Positions 55,382-64,000 of a stretch of DNA of 64,000 nucleotides are shown piece after piece (positions within the stretch are counted from its first letter, which is position 1; every line of letters starts with the position of its first letter). This stretch comes from Eledone cirrhosa (Eukaryota). The DNA is taken from positions 231,756,001 to 231,820,000 of the forward strand of contig OZ024743.1 of assembly GCA_964016885.1 (NCBI GenBank), in the 5' to 3' direction. Under the pieces are notes generated by a model. That model saw only the letters and a list, made by a program, of their open reading frames with translations. It was not told the origin of the DNA and ran no database searches. The position numbers and the translations under genes are program-made.

Positions 55382-55490
55382 TGCTTACAGCACCTAGGTC
55401 TCCGAAGCGGTCACCCATCTAAGTACTAACTTGTTTCGAAGTTGCTTAACCTCAGTGATCGGACGAGAATTGGTGCTTTCAGCGCGATAT
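55382..55490 (-). pseudogene. 5S rRNA pseudogene, diverged and slightly 5'-truncated
   Basis: Reverse complement ...gctgaaagcaccaattctcgtccgatcactgaggttaagcaac...gttagtacttagatgggtgaccgcttcggagacctaggtgctgtaagca follows the metazoan 5S consensus with substitutions. Confidence 0.85.
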
Positions 55491-56177
55491 ATGAAAAGGA
55501 AGTAAATAAATATTTTGAAAAAGAGAGGGGGCGAGACAACGTGGTAGAAGGATAGAGAGAGGATAAAGCGTTACACAGGCAGGTACATATTAAATACAGT
55601 TGTGTAGGTCTAGATTCAAAGGCTACAGGAAATGTAAATTTGATTTTGATTTCATAATTTTAGTAATGTTTTCTCCCTCTAGAATGATAGTGATCATGAT
55701 AAAGAAAGATTCATAATTTTAACAACGATGATGTTCTAATACGTTCTTGACCTGGTTCAACTGAGTATGTGTTAAAGCTCTATCATCCTTAAATTGTATT
55801 CTATCACCTTCAGAAATCAATTACGTTTTAGGTATTGCATTGCAACAGTTACACCATGTGCCTTTGTACGCGATTTATTTAATCATGTCTTAGCCGGAGG
55901 TTAATACAAAAACACTACAGTAATCTACCACCGTCAACCCCAAACACGGATATCAAGAATATGTGAGCAAGATAATTTAGCTTCACTAGGTTTTGCCACA
56001 TGCATCAAAATTTACACAACATATTCAAACTCGTAAATGTTAGATTTTTCAAATTGAAATTAGACAGAATTAGACAAATAGAAATTAGACATCTTTAAAT
56101 GCATTTATATTACCGCGTATTTCTGATGAGATTGCAATGTCCTTCATTGGATTCTCACAACTGGGACCTATCAGCTA

Positions 56178-56220
<43 letters not shown>

Positions 56221-57129
56221 GCCAGTATGATATGATATTTAATTGCACAGTCAAGATTCTAAAAACAGGAAAATACAAACTGGACTAGAACAAGTTTTGA
56301 TCCTAATATCTAGGCTTTACTACATTCTATTTAGTACATTTCCTGTGGTATTTGAACCTTTCACACCTACCCAAAGAATTCAGTAATATTGAAAACAATC
56401 TCTTTTTCTTAATTCCTTTCCTCCTTGCCCACTCCACCATACTCTTAATTTCTACCCTCTCCTTTTCTGGCTTTCTCTTTATACCTTTTCTACCCTCTCG
56501 ACCATATATGGTAAACATTAAAACCTTCACCCATTCCAATGGTCAAAAAGAATAATTGTTCCACACCACAGCTCACAGATTAATAATGTGAAACTCTTTA
56601 ACCCCACTCTCTCTCTCTCTCTCTCTACTAACTGACTGTATCTCAATATAATTTTAACTTATTTACATTTTCTTGAATGAAAATCCCATTACTGAATTCT
56701 ACCACGTAATGGATAGTTGACTTCCACTATTATAGGCTTTCTGATGAAGTGTAGTAAATAATTAAGTATTGCATATGATTGAATAATATATCTTGTAGTC
56801 AGAATATGTAGACAATTTAAATAGACACAGGGGCATATGTTAAAGCAAATTAATTCGTAATCTACTTCACACCGACGTATATTTTTCTTGGTGTAATAAT
56901 GGCTTAATATGAATGGACTTGTCATTTTTATATAAACATTTTTCCGCCCTGTAATTCTCCTCAATCTTTCTATTTCTTCTTTAATTTCTCATTCTATCTT
57001 CTGATGAAGGACTAGCGTCCTAAACACTAAGACTCTTTACCAACTATATCAAGCGTAAAACTAATAATATATTTCTACTGTCGTTTGCTTTGTTATTTCT
57101 GTTTGTCTTTGAGAGAGAACATACATATT

Positions 57130-59600
57130 CGTGTATTCGTGTCAACATCTGTGTGTGTTTGTATTCCGTCTTTTCTCACTAGTATGTGTTTATGTGTGGT
57201 TGTTGTTATTGTACATGTGTATTTTTTTTTTATAATACCTTAGGTCAGTATCGTGTTTTTGTGTATGGTTGTTGTTATTCCATTCATTTTTCTGTTCAAC
57301 TTCGCTTTTCTTCTATTTCATTTGCTTCTCTGATTTGTCTACCTGTTGAGTCAAATATTATTAGATATTATTAAATATATTAAGGGCGGTGGATTGGCAG
57401 TATGGGTAGAGGGTCGGACGCCATGCTTTGATGCATAGACTTAAGGCCCTTGCCATTCTGAGTTCAAATCCCGCCGAGGTTAACTTTGTCTTTCATCCTT
57501 ATGGGGTCGATAAAATATAGTACCAGTAATACACTGGGTAATTGCTGGCCTTGTGCCAAGAGTAAAAACAATTATTAGATATATTAGATATTATTTTAAT
57601 TTCTATGTTGACTATATTACCATCACGTCTCTGTCTGGCGTGTTCATACAGTACTGAACTGTCTTTTTGTCCTTTTAGTTCACCCAGTGTTGGTCTATAC
57701 CCTCCCCTATGCTTCGAGCTGTCTCAACTATGTATGTCGTTGTCATGTTTCTGCAAGTACCCTCTGTACATTTTATATCATAGACTACATTTCTACCTTT
57801 ACAATTTATTTGTGGATTTATTCTACAAATAAAACCTTTCTTATTAGTACAGTGGGTTTTCTGAAAGGTGTACGTTTTGCTGATTAGGGATTATAAGATA
57901 GTTCCTGTATTTTCTACCATTTTAATCTTTAAATTCGTCTTTCTTAGGGCCTTTCTGAATTGTTTAGCTAATTGGCCTCCAGGGGCTAGATCCAAGAACA
58001 TGACACTCTGGTATCTCTTGTTGTCGTACCATGAAGTGGCTTTTCCTATCTTATGTTTAGTCCTATCTAAGCTATTCTATGATTTGCTCCTGTACCGTGA
58101 ATAAATGCCTTTCATTTTCATCTCTATGAGGATCTTATATTTCTCCGTGGCTCCTTTGTACACCTTGATTCTGTCTCTTTGGTTGTAACCGGAGAACTGC
58201 GTACGATTGATGAAGTGGTGTATGTGTTTTTCCAGTTCAATTGGATCGCACAGGTGGGACAGTCTTCATCCCTCTTACCAAGTCTGCGATCAGAATATTA
58301 AACTTAGCACTATTGGATATCACCGAGATTTTGTATATAAGGTATTTTGAGGCCATGGGTTTAGCATAAAGTGAGAGAAGAATTTTAGTTTTCTCGTTTA
58401 TAGTGTTTAACCAGAGTTCGGTGTCTAATACTGGTAGTCTATTGTTAGGGTGTTTGGCAGCGTAGTCGATAGATACTGTTAGGCTCTGGTGTATGGAATT
58501 AGCTATCTGCTGGATGCTCTCGATTGTGTTACTCTCTAATTCGGGTTTATTGGTACTCTCTTGTGGGGGTGTTTTTATTACTATATTGATATCATCTACA
58601 AGACGAGAGTACATGACGACGGCTATGGGGTTCTCTTCTAGTGGTTCTCTATATCTCCTTTCCCACCATACCATAAATAGGTTGGCAACATCACCAGCTA
58701 TGCTGACGCCAACGGCCGCTCCCTCATTCTGGGTGTAAATATTCTCATTAATAATGTGGCCCTGCTGCATGTGTGATCATTTTCTCCCCTTATCGCTGCT
58801 CTTGGGTGTCCGTATGGCTTTGGTCCATCCATTCCATTTTCCTAGGAAAGTCTTTTTAGCCATTGAAGTTATGGTGGGGGGGGGGTCTACCTCTTATTGG
58901 TCTACTGGGGAGGAAACTGCTAAGATCATAATTATTTAAGTATTCACTGTCACGTGTAAGTCTAAGTAGGGGGCCCAGTTCACCCGTGTCAACGTCACAG
59001 AACACTACCTCACTCTCACTGATTATTTCCACAGCAAAATCAATGTCAATTGGTGGGTACGGGGACACTATATCCATTCTGCCTATTATGTAGTTTGTGA
59101 AGTCTTCCTTGTTGTTGCAGTCATTGATTCTGCTGAGGATGTCCTCCTTGCTGTTACATACATCTGGGGACATTTTAATTATTGGCGGTACAATCATAGA
59201 GAAGAAGTAACAGATCCTGTAGTTGCTAGCAATATTGGCTCCGCATACAGGCTTTGTGGGCGGTCCTGTCATAGGGTCGTTAGTTGCTTTATCGTCTTTG
59301 CGGAGCCCATACGAGGGTGGTATCTCATTGTTAGAGGCTTATAAATTATTGGCTGTGCATCTACTTGGATTTAGGATGTTGGGCCACATCATTATGAGAG
59401 CGTTGCGGAACTTTTCTCTCCTCATGTGTCTGTGGTGTTATTTATCTCGTGCTGATGATGTGGGGTTTCATAGCCTTTATGTAGTTTGGCATGGTCTCTA
59501 TTGACATCCTACCGGATTTGTCTATAGGTAGACACACTACCTGACCATCCCTTGTGTGGTGCATGGGGCTAAGTAGGTCTTCGGCAGGTTTTCCTCCATA
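57130..59600 (-). mobile_element. decayed Naiad-like PLE, close relative of family D
   Basis: GPPTKPVCGANIASNY, GRMDIVSPYPPI, GAAVGVSIAGDVANLFM, RLVDD, LPVLDTELW; GIY-YIG remnants at 57260-57860 colinear with 45135-45550. Confidence 0.9.
57383..57575 (+). mobile_element. full-length tRNA-derived SINE nested in the PLE endonuclease, with a 14-bp flanking duplication
   Basis: A box tggcagtatgggt and B box gagttcaaatccc; tattagatattatt at 57359-57372 and 57582-57595. Confidence 0.92.
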
Positions 59601-59611
59601 TACTTTTATGG

Positions 59612-59650
59612 AAAGCCCTGATGATTTCTTCGGAATGAAACAGTCCTGTA
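59612..59650 (+). ncRNA. HHR-like core with a C(UUCG)G-capped stem II
   Basis: CTGATGA tttc ttcg gaat GAAAC a GTC; stem I not evident. Confidence 0.45.
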
Positions 59651-59669
59651 GAAGCCATTTCTATATTAA

Positions 59670-60485
59670 ATATATATATGTATAAATATTTCGTATTTCC
59701 AAGGAAATACAGTTTTAGGAAGCCGTACCTTTGCAAACACCGCGGGGCTAACGCCCTCTGGTAATGTCCAGCAGAATCAAGGGGACAACCATCTATGCAT
59801 TTCAGGCTTAACTGACCTTCGTCAGGACGATCACTCCCACCGCTTGCAACTGCTGGACTAGAAGACAGCTGAGAATAGATACTTTTATCGTCTGTGTAAA
59901 TGAGGTGATTAATCTCATTTGCATATGAAGCTGCATAAGTTGGCTCAACTTATAATAAAAAAGAAATAGGATTTCGCTTCAATATGTATATACAATATGT
60001 ATAAATATTCAATATGTATATACAATATGTATAAATATTTCGTAACCGCGGTGTTTGCATAGCTACGGCTTCCTAAAACTGTATTACTTTGGAGATACGA
60101 AATATTTATACATATTGTATAAAGCTATGCTTGAAGCGAAATTCTATTTCTTTTTTATTATAAGTTAAGCCAACTTATGCAGCTTCATATGCAAATGAGA
60201 TTAATCACCTCATTTACACGGACGAGAAAAGTATATATTCTCAGCTGTCTTCTAGTCCAGCAGTCGCAAGCGGCGGGAGGGACCGTCCTGACAAAGTCCA
60301 ATTATGCCTGAAATGCATAGACGGTTGTTCCCTTTGCTTCTGCTGGACATCACCAGAGGGCGTTAGCCCCCCCCCCCCGGTGTTTGCATAGATACGGCTT
60401 CCTAAAACTGTATTTCTTTGGAGATAAGAAATATTTATACATATTGTATAATGCTATGCTTGAAGCGAAATATCCTATTTCTTAA
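59670..60485. mobile_element. non-coding HHR-bearing repeat family R2 (~330-bp unit): one inverted unit plus ~1.3 tandem units
   Basis: gtgtttgcatag.tacggcttcctaaaactg at ~60051 and ~60380; 59680-60040 is the inverted, permuted unit. Confidence 0.8.
59786..59833 (-). ncRNA. type I HHR (family R2); plus-strand sister at 60281-60326 has a CTGACAA core
   Basis: atcgtc CTGACGA aggt cagttaa gcct GAAA t gc ATA gatggt; the sister has perfect stem I accgtc/gacggt; palindromic stem III ATGCAT. Confidence 0.75.
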
Positions 60486-61274
60486 ATATATATATATATA
60501 TATATATAAGATCCCGTTAAGGTTGAAAGCAGCGATTCTTTTCTTAAACCTTAACCTCTTATTTTAATAAATATTTGCTCTACGGTTCTTATATATTTGA
60601 TATAAATTTATCCTTATCCAGCCCTCTTTGGATGTTAGTCTTCAAATTTATTGTTATTACACACATGTATATATATATATATATATATATATAAATGAAA
60701 AGTATAGAAATTATTATGAGCAAGAAGCGCACAGTATTTCATAATATATATAAGTGACTATAGCGTCAAAATGGGAAAATAGTTAACGTAAGATGTGGGA
60801 AAAATAATTCAAACACAATTCAAAAAGAATCAGGATATAGATTCATCCAACAGAATTTAGTGAAATTCAGGAAATATCAATAGAGCCTTAACTCATAATA
60901 AAATAAAGTTTAAAATACTCATCCTTCAATTTGGAAAAACTACAAATGCTCTGTATAGTCTTGAAAACACTATTTCACGAAATTTTCAGTGGGGATGGTC
61001 ACGGTTGTATTCGATCATCAGCAGAGCTCAACACGATAACCAAAATCTCACTGATTATAATATGCCAAAAAGGGAATTTAAAAGCAGGCTAGTTCGACAT
61101 CATGCGTAATTATGAAAATAAAACGCATATGTGGAGAGAGGACTAGTGACGTCAGAATGAGACGAATGTTTGTTTACATGAAATAACAGTCAAAAACATT
61201 CCGAAAAAAAACTCTACAATAAGGCATTCAGCAAAAAGCTATATTATATATCTATATATATATAGATATAGATA

Positions 61275-62540
<1,266 letters not shown>

Positions 62541-63162
62541 ATATATATATATATACATAGAGAGAGAGATAGAGGGAGAGATTTATGTGCGTCAGTGAGT
62601 ACGCTGTTTTGGTATGCATGCATGTATATATATTTATGTATGCATATACTTATATATTTATGCATGTATGTATATATGTATGCACGTATGGATGGATGTA
62701 CTTATGTATGAATAATGTTGTGTAATGAAACAGGATGTGGTAGCTACATATCTGCTACGTACCTATTAAATGTTTAATGACAATGGAAAATGCAAATATC
62801 TTAACACCTGCTACTCTATGCAAATATTACTGCATTTCCCTTTCATCTGTGTATCCATTCTAGCCTTCTCTCTTTCCACACTTGCTAGTCATTGTTTCAA
62901 CAAAAATCTGTCGCAATGAATCCTGGCCTGTTTCATACGACTCGTGAAGCTTTATTTCTATAGCAGATGTCACGTACGAACATGATCCATAATCACCCAT
63001 GAATAAGTATCATGAATAAACCACACAGCACTGCGTTAAAGTAAATACAGGAAGGGAACTAGCCAAATATAATTGAATCGAATATGTATTCAACAATGCA
63101 CCGAACTTCATACGACGTATATTGCCTGCAAATGGATACTATATTTTCTCAGTATGCGAAAT

Positions 63163-63199
<37 letters not shown>

Positions 63200-63334
63200 A
63201 TAATAAAGCGATTCTTTGCTTAAACTTTAATCTGTTATTTTAATAAATATATATATATGTAAAAGGTAAACAGAAATAACAACACAATCGGTACAGTGTA
63301 TGGAAGGGATATATTAGGTTAACGCTTGATATAG

Positions 63335-63369
63335 CATAACGTTTCGGACGCTAGTTCTTCATCAGAAGA
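63335..63369 (-). ncRNA. minimal HHR core (family H) with intact CTGATGA/GAAA
   Basis: tctt CTGATGA agaa ctagcg tcc GAAAC GTT a; family consensus gives stem I tctt/aaga and stem II gga/tcc. Confidence 0.55.
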
Positions 63370-63486
63370 AAGAATGAGAAATAAGATAGATTGAGGGGAC
63401 GGGCGGGAGGGAATTGAAAAAAAATGTTTTAGACAAAAAAAAATATATATATATATATATCCGTATATGTTCTTATAAATATACAT

Positions 63487-63557
<71 letters not shown>

Positions 63558-63567
63558 AACGAGTAGG

Positions 63568-63663
63568 ACCCCGACGGCAGAGCTCAAGCCGTTTCGACGG
63601 CTAATTCTGGACTAAATGAACATTTTTATCCTGGTATTTGAATAGCTGAGCTTCTCAAGGGGT
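63568..63663 (-). ncRNA. atypical type I HHR (family G): UUGAGAA core
   Basis: acccc TTGAGAA gctcagctattc...gaattagccgtc GAAAC ggc ttgagctct gcc GTC ggggt: perfect 5-bp stem I, 5-bp stem III, GUC triplet. Confidence 0.72.
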
Positions 63664-64000
63664 AATTCTATATATGGTCAAAGTGATTGGTCAAAAGTTT
63701 GTTGTTGAGACATAATAATTCTATGATGGCAATTTGTGGAGGGAAGTGGTAGCTAAACCTGCCAGTAGGAGAAAGAGGGAGAGGGGGTGGAGGAGACCCA
63801 TTCATGCGTTGATAGTGCCGACTCTAGCTGGGCATGAGGTCAAAGAAGATACTAGGGATGGGGAGGGGGAGGAAGTCGAAACAGTAAGTAGAACAATAAT
63901 GGGTAAATATATAGAAAAATACTGAGTGTTAAAAAGCAATTAAATGTAAAAAAAATAAACAATTTCGGGTTACTACGACCTAAGTCTCTCACTGGTACTG

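Noticed and set aside
57383-57480. tRNA gene
   Set aside because: A/B boxes belong to the SINE head, with no cloverleaf and with SINE body following.

Overview
AT-rich, microsatellite-saturated eukaryotic non-genic DNA, probably octopus or another coleoid cephalopod (inferred from the SINE family and repeat content). No host gene can be supported, and most listed ORFs are (TA)n/(CA)n/(GA)n artefacts. The window is a mosaic of retroelements: an RTE-clade LINE with an intact ORF ending in three C2H2 zinc fingers, a decayed second RTE, a short RTE-tailed non-autonomous element, nine copies of a tRNA-derived SINE, a 5S rRNA pseudogene, and at least six Penelope-like element (PLE; RT + GIY-YIG) families. 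The signal not visible in the ORF track is RNA-level: by eye I find about two dozen type I hammerhead ribozyme (HHR) motifs in about ten sequence families. They include two non-coding tandem/inverted units (~430 bp and ~330 bp) resembling non-LTR retrozymes, each with an octamer motif ~90-100 nt upstream of the ribozyme, and an atypical HHR with a UUGANAA (U3-A8 covariant) core, a ~50-nt stem II and a full stem III. Many insertions are fold-back palindromes sitting in (TA)n tracts. All boundaries and pairings were read by eye and are approximate.
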